Shown here one piece after another: positions 39,853-50,567 of a DNA stretch of 64,000 nt. The notes beneath the pieces are model-generated. The model ran no database searches. It had not been told where the DNA came from and was given only the letters and a program-made list of their open reading frames with translations. This stretch comes from Bacillota bacterium (GTDB taxonomy: Bacteria > Bacillota > DTU025), in NCBI GenBank assembly GCA_050951805.1, contig JBMNJT010000008.1:96001-160000 (forward strand). The letters are read 5' to 3'. Position 1 is the stretch's first letter. Each line of letters begins with the position of its first letter. The position numbers and the translations under genes were made by a program.

Positions 39853-41427
39853 ATGAGAAATCCCCTACACCTGCGCGAATCACGTCTATTCCAGGCTCTC
39901 ATGGCATTCTGCGTAATCGCCATTGTGACGCCTGTTCAACCTGTGTTAGCATCATCCAGGACGCGATTAGTCTTATCGCCGGAGGCGAGGGCTATCGTGG
40001 AGGCGAACAGGCCTGAGCTTTCCGAGGCATCTAGGGAGGATCTGTTAGCGCGTTTTTCAAGCATGCTGTATGAATACAGCGATTTCGAGGATGAGGCGTA
40101 CCCGAGCGCACTCAGGTGGGACACAGCTGCGGGCCGAGAGAGTGTCATGGAGGAATGGTCGATCAGTCCGGCAAGGGCTGTGCAAGAGGTAGACCTCTTG
40201 TTCCACGCACTGAAGTATGGTTATGCTGCCTATCAGTTCTTTGGTGGCGATGAAGTCTTCTGCGCGGCGCGGGAGAGGATGCTGGATGAGATAGGCCGAC
40301 ATTACCATGATATTCCGTTCTGGCAGTATTCCCAGATCATCATAGCTAACCTAAAGTTCATCCAGGATGGCCATTTTGCTTTTGGAAGCAGGACATTATG
40401 CGAATGGAGCACTTTCAGAGTCAGTCCGTATCTTCGGTTTTCACTGGATGAAGACGGCTTTTTCATTAACGATGGCGGCAAGCGCGTTGCTTCAGTCAGT
40501 GGCCAAGCTCCGTCTTCTTTTCTTAAACCGTCAATAGATGAAGATGGAAACATCGTCTACGTTCTTGGGATGCTCGTCCCGGAGCAACAGGTTGATTTGA
40601 TGTGTGAGATAGAATACGCAGACGGCAGCAGGGAGATTGCATGGCTGGTGCCAATCATCTCCATGGATTACGGCGGAGCGGTCTACGAGCTTGGAGAAAT
40701 AGAGGGTTTCCCCTTGGTGTCTTGTCGCAGCTTCGATCCTGATCATGATGAAGGGAAGGCTCTCAACAGGTTTGTGGAGGACGCGGAGAAGTTGCGACAA
40801 GAGGATGTTATCTTGCTTGACCTTAGGTCAAATCACGGGGGATCGACGATCTACGGCATGCTTTGGTGCCAAAGGTTGACGAAAGGGAACGTGGGCCCGT
40901 ACTTTTTTACAGCAGAGTTGGCGACTGACACCTCTATCGCTCTGCTCCTGAATGGGCTTTCGGAAAGGCTTGGGGAGGAGTTTTCTTCCGACCAGGCGGA
41001 GGCTTTGTGGAGATACTGGAAGAATGCCGAGGACCCAGATAGGCCCGGATGGCGTCGCATAGGCATTGAGCAGGGTGGGCATATCAGCGATGCTCCGTTC
41101 ATAGTAGCACTTGTGGATTCCAACGCCGGGAGCGCGACGGAGGCTTTTGTCCGTCGTCTGCGGAGCTTGGATAATGTTGTAATCATCGGAACTAACACCC
41201 GAGGCGCTTTGCTTTGCGGAAATCCCGGTATGCTTGTTCTGCCCTATTCAGGTTTCGAGGTGAGAATACCCACGATGTTCTGGCTCGACAGCGAGATGCA
41301 CAATTACGACGGCGTCGGGTATTCTCCGGACTTTTGGGTTCATCCAGACTATGCGTTGGAACGGGCCGTGAAGTTCATTCGCAGACATCTCGTTAGAGAA
41401 GGGGCCAGTGTCTCACTTGGCGGTTGA
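39853..41427 (+). CDS. Secreted S41 family peptidase (paralog 2)
   Basis: Signal peptide, DGH, LLDLRSNHGG, AGSATE, IGTNTRG, GYSPDFWV. Confidence 0.82.
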   Translation: MRNPLHLRESRLFQALMAFCVIAIVTPVQPVLASSRTRLVLSPEARAIVEANRPELSEASREDLLARFSSMLYEYSDFEDEAYPSALRWDTAAGRESVMEEWSISPARAVQEVDLLFHALKYGYAAYQFFGGDEVFCAARERMLDEIGRHYHDIPFWQYSQIIIANLKFIQDGHFAFGSRTLCEWSTFRVSPYLRFSLDEDGFFINDGGKRVASVSGQAPSSFLKPSIDEDGNIVYVLGMLVPEQQVDLMCEIEYADGSREIAWLVPIISMDYGGAVYELGEIEGFPLVSCRSFDPDHDEGKALNRFVEDAEKLRQEDVILLDLRSNHGGSTIYGMLWCQRLTKGNVGPYFFTAELATDTSIALLLNGLSERLGEEFSSDQAEALWRYWKNAEDPDRPGWRRIGIEQGGHISDAPFIVALVDSNAGSATEAFVRRLRSLDNVVIIGTNTRGALLCGNPGMLVLPYSGFEVRIPTMFWLDSEMHNYDGVGYSPDFWVHPDYALERAVKFIRRHLVREGASVSLGG

Positions 41428-41969
41428 TGGAATCGAACGTCTAAAGAACCGGGTCTTCCCGTTGCCTGCTGCATGCGTTGGGGGATTGCTCTTTACATTG
41501 GCATTGGTCTTCTCATCCCCGACACGTGTGGGATGTCCGGGCAAGAGCTTTATCCGCTACCAACCCAAAACTTCGACATCGGGTCCTGGCCGCAGAAGCA
41601 GGATGGAGAGGGTGCGGAGGAACGCCGTCGAGGAGCTCAAGGGAATATGTAGGTATGCGAGCTCGCTGATGCAATGATACTCGGCCCGCGCCTGACAGGC
41701 ACTATAGGGATGGGGGAGATCCGGCGGTGTTCGAGTGCGCTATCGGCGCTACAGCTGAGGCGGGGCAGAAGGTGTCCGTCTTCAGCTCGAGGAGTGCGGG
41801 AAGGAGCTTAGCGAGGCCATGACGTTAGATATCGGTCCGCAGGTTCTATGGGAGCACTAGGCTTTGCTGGTGGGGCATCGCCTCAAACGGGAAAATCCAA
41901 AAGCCGCGTTATCTCTGCCGTGGCCTCTTACTTGAATACGTAGACTGCGATCTTATCCCGAGGCTATTC

Positions 41970-42953
41970 ATGGAAACTGCAGATGGTGACGGGGGGTTGT
42001 CCTTGAAAAAGCTATTTATCATGGGGGATGGCCGGCTCAGGCCAGAATGGAGGCTCATTGTCGTATTGATACTTGGATTATTGATAACGGCAATGCTCTT
42101 TCGCGTCCTCTGGGATCTGACCATGTTGTCCCTGAAGGTTCCTCCTGGCCTGGCTCCGGATGGGAGGCTGGAGTTTTTGATGGAAACGATTGCCGGTGAC
42201 GAGCTCCTTGGGCTTGCAAGCCAGTTGATCCCTTCCATCGCCTTAATCCTTGCGATCCTCTTAGCTTTGAGGTTCATTGACAGAAAGAGTATTGAGGACA
42301 TAGGAGCGGGATTTTGCGCAAGGGATCGCAAGGAACTAACCTTTGGGCTGGGGCTTGGCGCTCTTTCGATGACGGTCATCTTCGCCGTCTTGCTCGCCTC
42401 GAAAAGCATCACCCTCGAAAACGATCTTGCCCACCCTATGCTCTCATGGAATCTGGCGATTGGGATGGTTGTCTTCATCTTCGTTGGGCTGTCGGAGGAA
42501 CTCTACTCGAGGGCGTATTCGATATCGGCTCTGTCTGAGATATACAACCGTTGGAGTGCGGCCATTGTATCGTCCGTCCTCTTTTCTCTTCTTCACGCAG
42601 GAAACGCCAATGTGTCCATGGGCGCACTGGCAAATGTGCTATTGGTAGGGATCTTGTTTGCCTACATGTTCTTGCGGAGCGGCAGCGTGTGGATGCCCGT
42701 GGGTTACCACATCACCTGGAACTATTTCCAGGGCTATGTTTTCGGGTTTCCGGTGAGCGGGGCAGAAGTGGAGGGTGCCTACACTGTTGCAGCAAGCCGC
42801 AATGACTTTCTGACAGGCGGGGCGTTCGGCCCTGAGGGCGGGTTATTGGCGACTACGGCGATCTTGGCAGGTTTCTACATAGTATGGCGGTTCACCGGGG
42901 GCGGGAACCCGTGGCGCACGAGAGAGCCGGAAGGCGATTCTGAGTTTCTGTAG
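41970..42953 (+). CDS. CPBP (CAAX/Abi) family intramembrane metalloprotease
   Basis: GLSEELYSRAY, FSLLH, GYHITWNY; multiple TM segments; start may be TTG 42003. Confidence 0.87.
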   Translation: METADGDGGLSLKKLFIMGDGRLRPEWRLIVVLILGLLITAMLFRVLWDLTMLSLKVPPGLAPDGRLEFLMETIAGDELLGLASQLIPSIALILAILLALRFIDRKSIEDIGAGFCARDRKELTFGLGLGALSMTVIFAVLLASKSITLENDLAHPMLSWNLAIGMVVFIFVGLSEELYSRAYSISALSEIYNRWSAAIVSSVLFSLLHAGNANVSMGALANVLLVGILFAYMFLRSGSVWMPVGYHITWNYFQGYVFGFPVSGAEVEGAYTVAASRNDFLTGGAFGPEGGLLATTAILAGFYIVWRFTGGGNPWRTREPEGDSEFL

Positions 42954-43155
42954 CAATGCGGGAAGGCTTAGTTTGAACATGATCAGCGGATGAGTCTGAT
43001 CAAGGCGAATGTTATTCCTGACTGACCAGCGAAGGATTTGATTGGAGATGTTGGGCGACATACGGTTTTTGAGCGTGACCCAAAGAAGACGGCAAGGCTG
43101 CTTGCGGCCGTGCCCGGATTGTAGATACTGCGAAGGTCCGGTACTATGAGTTATA

Positions 43156-44256
43156 TTAGGGATTCGCAATCGAGCACTGGGCCTTTGACCCTGACGGACG
43201 TTCGTACTTTCGCAGCTGATTGCCTGGGGCTGTCAGTCCCCTGTCTTCAAATCCAAGCATTTCGTAGTATGCGCAAAGAGTTGGGTTTCCTGCATCGCAT
43301 TCCAGTCTGACTAGCCGCCTGCCCTTGGAGGCTATATAAGAGGATGCCCACTCAAGGAGGGCTCGTCCGACGCCGGCGCCTGCCCACTCCTGCTTGACTC
43401 CGAAGCCATACACATACCCTGCTAAGCGGTCGCTGCCAGCATCCTCCCACGAGCAAGAATCGGCCCACTTGATCCAGAGGACTGCTGCGGGAGAACCACT
43501 GATGAAGCCGATGAAGTAATCGCAGTCTCGTATTTTTTCTGCTACATGTTGTTGGCCTTCTGCGGTGAAAAGCCAAAAGGGAACCCGCTTTCCGCGTTCC
43601 ACAACTCGCCGGCAACTGTCAAGAAGGACTCCATAGGCGTCGTGCATGTGTTTTGCGGTGGCTCGCATGATGCACATAGGGCCTGCTTTAGTCGGGATTT
43701 CACAGACATTAGAATAAGGCTTCAGCAAGCTCAAGTAGAATGTCTGTCCCGACTCGGCTTGGCCTAGCAACTCGAAGCCGCAATCTTGAGCGATATGGGC
43801 AATAGCGGAGCAGTTTTGGGATTTGTCGGGCCAGCCCACTCCGTAGGCGCATGTTGTGGCGCCGGCGCCTGTCACAATCTTCAGCTCAATTATGAACAGA
43901 TCATCGCCGGGCTTTGCAGGAGGTATCTCTGCGTCCCATATCCGGAGCCTTCCTCCTGGCGCAAGCACCCTGAAGATCTCCGAAAGGACCCGTGGGATCG
44001 ATTCCGGGGACATGTACATCAGGCTGAAAAAGCAAGTCGCCTCATCGAAGGATCCGTCCAAAAACTGCATGCTTCTCGCGTCCATCACTAGCCGGAGCGC
44101 GTCATTGGATGACTCCTCCAGCTCCTCCCTGAGGATATCGATGGCGACTACTTGTCTTCCGAGGACAGAGCCTATGATTCCCTCGCCGCCTCCGCCCACG
44201 TCCAGAACGAGACCTGGCGCGGTCAGCCCTGACAGGTTTATGGTATCGAAAGCCAT
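43156..44256 (-). CDS. Class I SAM methyltransferase fused to GNAT acetyltransferase
   Basis: VLDVGGGGEG..MDARSMQF..FRVLAPGG, then WAGAGVGRALL..RLECDAGNPTLCAYYEMLGF. Confidence 0.8.
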   Translation of the reverse strand: MAFDTINLSGLTAPGLVLDVGGGGEGIIGSVLGRQVVAIDILREELEESSNDALRLVMDARSMQFLDGSFDEATCFFSLMYMSPESIPRVLSEIFRVLAPGGRLRIWDAEIPPAKPGDDLFIIELKIVTGAGATTCAYGVGWPDKSQNCSAIAHIAQDCGFELLGQAESGQTFYLSLLKPYSNVCEIPTKAGPMCIMRATAKHMHDAYGVLLDSCRRVVERGKRVPFWLFTAEGQQHVAEKIRDCDYFIGFISGSPAAVLWIKWADSCSWEDAGSDRLAGYVYGFGVKQEWAGAGVGRALLEWASSYIASKGRRLVRLECDAGNPTLCAYYEMLGFEDRGLTAPGNQLRKYERPSGSKAQCSIANP

Positions 44257-44659
44257 GGTCTAATCGCCCCTCCATCACTCAAGGATGTCGCAATTGCAGA
44301 GCACTTTCATTATGGTTCCACTTTTATAGTCCGGTTCCTGCGAGCATACAGAATCTATAAGGGCTGCAAGTTCTGAGTAGACCGCATTACACATAACGAG
44401 TGTGCCATCAGCATAGGCCTTATCGATCAGCCCTTTGGTAGCGCATCGGGGAGCAGGATGCCAACAAGAGCGTCTGTGTCAACGGAGCTGATCACGCATG
44501 CCCTCTCATTACTCTGTTGGTGTCGGTGTCAGCCCCTCTCGGATATCCCACATAACGATCGAATGGAGAATCCTCAACATACTTGCTGAGAATGTAGCCT
44601 TGGGGGGAGTCTCGTATACCCGTGATCGAGCCCTGTCTTTCCGCGAACGTCTATAGACG

Positions 44660-45780
44660 TGCTATGAACGGCCAATAGTAAAAAGCAAATCTGCACCTTG
44701 ATAACTGAACCTGCTGGCCTCCATTTGCCATCCGGACCATATGGCTGATTGCGAATTCAAACGAAATAAAATGAGGTGAACTAGGGCTCCTGTTCCTAGA
44801 CCTGTTGCTCTTCCGTGGGGATTTTCATGGTCAAAAGGGGTATATGACCCTACGGAGTTCTGGAGAGCCCTGTTTGGACATCCGGTTCCTTGATTCGCTG
44901 TCGCATCGATTTCTGCAGATGCCACCAAGGTGTATGTCACCGATTTTCCCAATGATGGCCGCGGCGACAGTAGCTTCTAGGAGCCCCGGAGCATGCTGCG
45001 ATTGCAGGTCCTCCACGGTAAGCCTGATGCAGGGAATCTGAGGCTCTATGAACTAGATCTGGCTGAGGATTAGTCTCAATTCAAAGGCCATCCACAGCTA
45101 ATCAAATAGCTGAAGGTTTCTCTGGCGAGCTCTTGGGTGCACCGAGCGTGGCCCTTGAGCTTATTGAGGTCAAGCGCTGCGACTGCTTCCGGTGTAGCAT
45201 GGCTTTTTAGCAACTCTGGAGATGTCTCGATGAAGCAACTGGCATACTCAGGGAAGATGCGATCTAGAACCCGATAGCGCGTTGGCCTCCGAGGCCATGA
45301 AGGTCTCTTCAGTCTGGTTGAGACGTAGCAGGTTGGCGAGGATGAAGGGTCGATCTTGCTCTTTGATATGGCGTCAGAGTGGATGGGTTAATCACATGGA
45401 CTCGGTATCCCTGTAGTAGGTGCCGCTAACGCGCTTGCGCTCAGCTTTGGGCTGCGTGTTCGGAATAGTCATCATTGACACAAGCCTCGTGCTGCTTCTT
45501 GGCGACGTCGATACCGGTCAAGTCAGTAGTAGACAACCTAGCTGTTTACTCGAGACATGTGGGTATACCGCATTCCCAACGTGCTCATTCGAAAATCCTT
45601 GTAGAGGCGGGGTAATACTCTATCGGGCTTCCTAGTCAATGAAACTACCAAGACACGTTGGCTTTCCGAAACATGACTCCTCTTTGGTTTTCAAGGATCA
45701 TCTGGGGCCTGTACTAGGGAACTTCATTCTCTTCGTGTTTGAGTCGCGCGAGTCGGAGTAATACTACCTACTGCAAACAT
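44660..45780 (-). mobile_element. Heavily decayed IS110-family element (pseudogenised transposase plus upstream non-coding end)
   Basis: Collinear fragments in several frames on the minus strand: TGIDVAKKQHEAC (from 45518), GYRVHVINP, LDRIFPEY, AFELRLILSQI, AAIIGKIGDI, LVASAEIDA, NRMSKQGSPELRR; boundaries approximate. Confidence 0.75.
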
Positions 45781-45891
45781 GGCGGGAAGCGGGCGGCCTG
45801 GGCGGGCGTTAGCCGGAGGCGAGCAGCCTTTCTGGTCTTGGGGAGCTTTGCGGGTGCAGGGAAATATGATGTAGTTTGGGAGGGCTGATAG

Positions 45892-46329
45892 ATGGGCATC
45901 ACAAGATGGGATCCATTCGATGATCTCGTCGCGCTTCGCGATGCGTTCGGTAGAGTGCTTGGGGATACGAGCCTGAGGACGGGCTTCTCAGGGATAGGCC
46001 GTTGGCGTCCTTCGGTGGACATGTACGAGACCAACGACAACGTCGTAGTCAGGGCGGATTTGCCCGGAGTCGATCGGGACGACCTCGAGGTGACCGTGAC
46101 AGACAATACCCTGACAATCAAGGGGCAGTCCAGGCACGAGCATGAGATCGAATCGGGAAATGTCTTTCGGAGGGAGCGCGCCTATGGACAGTTCACGAGA
46201 ACGCTTCCTATAGATGCCGGGATTCGGGCAGACGAGGCCAAGGCCAGCTTCAATCAGGGGGTTCTCGAGATAGTCATTCCAAAAACGGAAGAGTCGAGGG
46301 TGAGAACGCGAAGAATAGACATTAACTAG
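45892..46329 (+). CDS. Hsp20/alpha-crystallin small heat shock protein
   Basis: RWDPF, PSVDMYET, ADLPGV, RRERAYGQFTR, NQGVLEIVIPK. Confidence 0.93.
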   Translation: MGITRWDPFDDLVALRDAFGRVLGDTSLRTGFSGIGRWRPSVDMYETNDNVVVRADLPGVDRDDLEVTVTDNTLTIKGQSRHEHEIESGNVFRRERAYGQFTRTLPIDAGIRADEAKASFNQGVLEIVIPKTEESRVRTRRIDIN

Positions 46330-46547
46330 CAGCAACGCAATGCCGAACAGAGGCTACGGCTGCCCGGCCCGCCCGTATAATCCCCCTGGCAATCGCGATT
46401 GGAGCAAAGTGCCTCACCAAGCGGATAATGTAATGTTTTGCATGATTGTTGCTGCATATTAAAGGATGTATGAAGGAATCTTCAGAAACATGGATAATCC
46501 ATATTATACGTGATTTCCAGGAGTTGCGTTCGGTGGGGGTGACTGTA

Positions 46548-47078
46548 TTGACCAAGAACGTAATTGAGGCCATCGAGGAAAGACGCAGCGTGAGAGAATT
46601 CAAGCCGGACCCTATCCCCGACTCCATAATCGCCCGCATCCTCGAATGTGGACTTAAGGCGCCAAGCGCAGGGAATGTTCAACCTTGGCAGTTCTGGGTG
46701 GTCAGTCGGCCTAGTCTCAAGTCAGCTTTGGCCGAAGCCGCCTTCGGCCAAGAATCCGTGGAGCAAGCGCCTGTAGTCATAGTGGTTTTGGCCGAGCCTT
46801 CGCGGAGCGCTGCTAGGTTTGGCTACCGCGGGTCTAAGCTTTATTGCATACAAGATACTGCAGCTGCGGTACAGAACATGATGTTGGCGGCAACAGCTTA
46901 TGGAATCGGGTCCTGCTGGGTAGGGGCTTTCGACGAGAAGATGGTGAGCAAAGCCCTTGGCCTGTCAGAGCGATTTCGGCCTATGGCATTGGTCCCCATG
47001 GGATATCCGGCGGAGGTATCGCAGCGCCGGCCGCGTTCCCTGAGGCCATTGGCTGAGACAGTCGTCACGGTTGAGTAA
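46548..47078 (+). CDS. Nitroreductase family protein
   Basis: IEERRSVREF, APSAGNVQPW, QNMMLAATAYGIGSCWVGAF, GYP. Confidence 0.92.
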   Translation: MTKNVIEAIEERRSVREFKPDPIPDSIIARILECGLKAPSAGNVQPWQFWVVSRPSLKSALAEAAFGQESVEQAPVVIVVLAEPSRSAARFGYRGSKLYCIQDTAAAVQNMMLAATAYGIGSCWVGAFDEKMVSKALGLSERFRPMALVPMGYPAEVSQRRPRSLRPLAETVVTVE

Positions 47079-47276
47079 GACGCTGTCGAGCGAGCATCGC
47101 ACGTTGAAGTGCCTGGATGCGCTCCTACTACGAGAGCTGTTTTTTGCGCAGAAGCGTGGGTTAACACGAAATGCATCTACGAGTTAGGACAAATCACGGT
47201 TTTGGCGCGGGTTAGCGTGGCCGATCAGGGCCTGGAGGGCTAACCCGCGCTTGGTTTTCGATGGGAGGAGTCGAGC

Positions 47277-48134
47277 ATGGATCCACGATTGGAAGAACGC
47301 CATTTCCTTCGACCGTCAGTAGTTTATGCTAGGGGCCGAGTGCCGGTGGAAGCGGCTTTTGTCGCAAGGCCCAATAGATTTGTGGCTATCGTTCGTCTCA
47401 GCTGTGATGTTGAGCATGCCTACGGTCTCGATCGCGCTGGCGCCGAGATCACTGCCCACGTAGCCGATCCCGGTCGTCTTGAAGAACTACTCATTCCCGG
47501 GGCCAAGGTATATGTGTTGCCTGCTTTCCCTAAGGGAATGGATACGATGGATTACTCACCGACTCTAGCAGGAGTGGGAAGGAAGACACTCTATGATCTT
47601 GTTTTGGTTGACTATGAAGGTATATTGGTATCCATAGATTCACGCGTGCCCAATGAGCTCGTGCACAGGGCTCTGCAGGCAGGCTTTTTTCCTGAACTTG
47701 CCGAGTACCACCGAATCGTGCGGGAATCGGCTTTCGGCAGCAGCAGGTTTGATTTCCATCTCTCGGCTCCGGGTCAAGTTATAGGGACCCAGGCTGCCAT
47801 CTTGGACGAGAACATCTCTGATTGCTTTGTGGAAGTGAAATCTGTGACCCTTGTTGAGGATGGCTTGGCCAAATTCCCCGACGCACCCACAGCCAGAGGC
47901 GCGAGGCACATGAGGGAACTCGCCCAAGCGGTTTCCGCAGGCTTGAGAGGCGTCGTCATCTTCGTCATACAGCGCAACGACGCGTCGAACTTCACGCCCA
48001 ATAGGGCCATGGACCCGAAGTTCGCTGGCGCCTTGAGCGATTCGGTGGAGGCCGGGGTTGAGGTTTGGGCATGGCGGTGCGACGTCGGTTTGGACAGGAT
48101 CTCGCTTGACGCAGAAGTTCCTGTAAACATCTGA
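47277..48134 (+). CDS. sfsA: Sugar fermentation stimulation protein A (DNA/RNA nuclease)
   Basis: RPNRF, HVADPGRLEEL, SRFDF, VEVKSVTL, FPDAPTARGARH. Confidence 0.92.
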   Translation: MDPRLEERHFLRPSVVYARGRVPVEAAFVARPNRFVAIVRLSCDVEHAYGLDRAGAEITAHVADPGRLEELLIPGAKVYVLPAFPKGMDTMDYSPTLAGVGRKTLYDLVLVDYEGILVSIDSRVPNELVHRALQAGFFPELAEYHRIVRESAFGSSRFDFHLSAPGQVIGTQAAILDENISDCFVEVKSVTLVEDGLAKFPDAPTARGARHMRELAQAVSAGLRGVVIFVIQRNDASNFTPNRAMDPKFAGALSDSVEAGVEVWAWRCDVGLDRISLDAEVPVNI

Positions 48135-48250
48135 CATCGTCTCTGACAGCTCGCCATGGAAGTTCCCTCCATCCAACATATGTGGTTTGCTGCACAATAC
48201 AGGCGTAATCAATAAACGTTACTGAGTAGTTAATATTAGGGACTATAGAC

Positions 48251-48279
48251 TTGACAATATTGAATACATCATTTAGGAT
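48251..48279 (+). promoter_or_regulatory. SigA-type promoter of ABC exporter
   Basis: TTGACA-17 bp-TAGGAT with AT-rich upstream region. Confidence 0.6.
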
Positions 48280-48392
48280 TGAAACGGTGGAATTGAAACT
48301 CATGTTATCCACTGCCTGGCGCAGATCCCAGGAATAAGATGCCTGAAGGCGCAGCATGGGCAGGGCAGCCGGAAGATGGGGGAGGTGGCTTG

Positions 48393-49370
48393 GTGTTGGA
48401 CATTACACGCAATGCTCTCGCAGTGGAGTCTTTGACGAAGACGTTTCGCGACGGGGGTCGTGGGTCGGTTAAGGCCGTCGACAATGTCGCTTTTCAGGTC
48501 GAACAAGGCGAAGTCGTGGGCTTGCTCGGGCCGAACGGTGCGGGCAAGACGACCACGATCAAGTGCATCCTCGGGTTGATGCGTCCCGATTCCGGACACG
48601 TCACAGTGTTTGGCGAGGATGCACAGACGAATTATCCGCGGATACTTTCGAAGATGAGTGCGGTTCTTGAGGGGAGCCGGAACCTATACTGGCGGCTGAC
48701 GGTGTGGGAAAACATTCTCTTTTTCTCCGCGCTCCACGGGGTGGCATCCCCGGCAGACAAGAGATACTTCGACCACCTTCTGAAGCTCTTTTCATTGGAA
48801 GACAAGCGCAATGTAGAAGTGAGGAAACTGTCGCAGGGCATGAAACAGAAGACGAGCGTTGTGTGCGCCCTGGCGCGTCGCGCCCCGCTGGTCTTTCTGG
48901 ACGAGCCCACTTTGGGGTTGGATGTCGAGACATCTTTGGAGCTGAGGAGCGTATTGCGGGAACTTTCTTGCGAAGAGGGCCGAACGTTCGTAGTAAGCAG
49001 CCACGACATGGCCGTGATCCAGGATGTCTGCCAGCGCGTAATCATAATGTCCGAGGGCCGCATAGTTGTGGACGATAATGTGAGCCACCTCATGGACCTC
49101 TTCCGGACGAGGTGTTATCGGATCGTTCTTCGCGGACCTGCACCCGAGGGGCTGGAGAAAAGGCTCGTACACGAGTTTGTTGGTTCGTCTGTGGCTGAGG
49201 GGGAGCAAGGCGCCGAAATCAAGGTGAACTTGTCTGAAGATGAGGATATCTACCGCCTGATGGACATCTTGCGCGGCGTTGACGGAGTCATAGACGAGAT
49301 CTCTCACGAAGAGATCGACATGGAAAAGGTGTATCTCGAGGTCGTCAGGAAGGAGCGGTCGTTTCAATGA
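48393..49370 (+). CDS. ABC-2 type exporter ATP-binding protein
   Basis: GPNGAGKT, LSQGMKQK, FLDEPTLGLD, SSHDM. Confidence 0.9.
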   Translation: MLDITRNALAVESLTKTFRDGGRGSVKAVDNVAFQVEQGEVVGLLGPNGAGKTTTIKCILGLMRPDSGHVTVFGEDAQTNYPRILSKMSAVLEGSRNLYWRLTVWENILFFSALHGVASPADKRYFDHLLKLFSLEDKRNVEVRKLSQGMKQKTSVVCALARRAPLVFLDEPTLGLDVETSLELRSVLRELSCEEGRTFVVSSHDMAVIQDVCQRVIIMSEGRIVVDDNVSHLMDLFRTRCYRIVLRGPAPEGLEKRLVHEFVGSSVAEGEQGAEIKVNLSEDEDIYRLMDILRGVDGVIDEISHEEIDMEKVYLEVVRKERSFQ

Positions 49371-50146
49371 ACCTAGGCACTGTTTTTGGTGCTGTCTTCA
49401 GGCGGGAGTTGACGATGATCAGGAGGTATATGGTCAACTCCATATCAAGCTTAGTGTCGGTATACCTTGTCTTCATCTTGATGTTCATGGGCTTTCAAAG
49501 CATGTCCAATTACGTTAAGACCGGGGCACTGGAAGGCTCCCTTGAAGGCACTATCGTCGGGTTTTTCGTGTGGACGTTTACGATATATGCCTTCTCCGAC
49601 CTGTCGTGGAGCCTCATAAGCGAGGCCCAGGCGGGCACCTTGGAACAGCTGTATCTGGCGCCATGCGGGTTCAAATGGGTGGGGGCCTGCACGGTCATAT
49701 CCAATTTCATCTTCAGCCTCGTTCCGATAATGGTTCTTCTGTTTGCAATGATGGCCACTACTGGCAAATGGCTCAACCTCGACTTTGTCAGCCTCATCCC
49801 ACTGTTGCTCATTACGTTGCTGGGCGCATACGGGTTCGGCTTTGCCCTGGGCGGCCTGGCCCTGGTGTTCAAAAGGATACAGGCGTTCTTCCAGATCATG
49901 CAGTTTGTATTCATTGGCTTCCTGATAGTCCCGACACGCCTGGCGTGGGCTAAGTTCCTGCCGCTTGCTGTGGGAAATGATCTGATAAGCACAGTGATGG
50001 TCGACGGCGCCCGCCTATGGGAGCTTCCATTGAACGACATTCTGACCGCCACTGCAGTGGGCGCGGCATATCTTGCCATCGGAATCGTGATATTCTCGTG
50101 TTGTGAGAACGTCGCCAAGAGCCGTGGCCTTCTCGGTCATTATTGA
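49367..50146 (+). CDS. ABC-2 type exporter permease
   Basis: About 6 TM segments, EAQAGTLEQLYLAP, G(L)LGHY end; ATGA overlap. Confidence 0.85.
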   Translation: MNLGTVFGAVFRRELTMIRRYMVNSISSLVSVYLVFILMFMGFQSMSNYVKTGALEGSLEGTIVGFFVWTFTIYAFSDLSWSLISEAQAGTLEQLYLAPCGFKWVGACTVISNFIFSLVPIMVLLFAMMATTGKWLNLDFVSLIPLLLITLLGAYGFGFALGGLALVFKRIQAFFQIMQFVFIGFLIVPTRLAWAKFLPLAVGNDLISTVMVDGARLWELPLNDILTATAVGAAYLAIGIVIFSCCENVAKSRGLLGHY

Positions 50147-50567
50147 TCTTTCGGCGATCGATTGCCGGATCGAGGGCATTATCTCTCCTGATATTGGCAA
50201 GGAGGGCAAGCGTGCGGGGAATCGAAGATGTCTGCGCTGTCCAGAGACTCTGCAAGATTTATCGTGGATCTCGGGCGGCAGCCAACTCCCATATCAACCT
50301 GCGAGTGTTGAAAGGCTAAATCCTGGGCGTTTTCGGCCTAACGGGGCGTGCTCCGCCCCGTCAGCGGCTCTACATATCTTGGGCAATGAAAACCCTCAAA
50401 TAGCGCCTATGATTGTATGGGGTTTTTGCAGGAGCAAATGCTTGACGATCATTCGGGTCACTCGTGATGTTGTCGAGGCCGACAAAGTCGATCATCTTCA
50501 CGAGGCAAACATGGCATGAAAGCGGGTCTCTTGCCTTGTGGACAGCTGAATGACGGGGCGAGTGGAA

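Noticed and set aside
47204-47250. 12-bp hairpin GCGCGGGTTAGC/GCTAACCCGCGC before sfsA as a possible riboswitch
   Set aside because: No aptamer consensus recognised; more simply a terminator-like or REP-like stem.
50365-50430. GGCTCT-starting segment resembling an ISL3 terminus, with a weak hairpin
   Set aside because: No partner IR, target duplication or transposase remnant identified.
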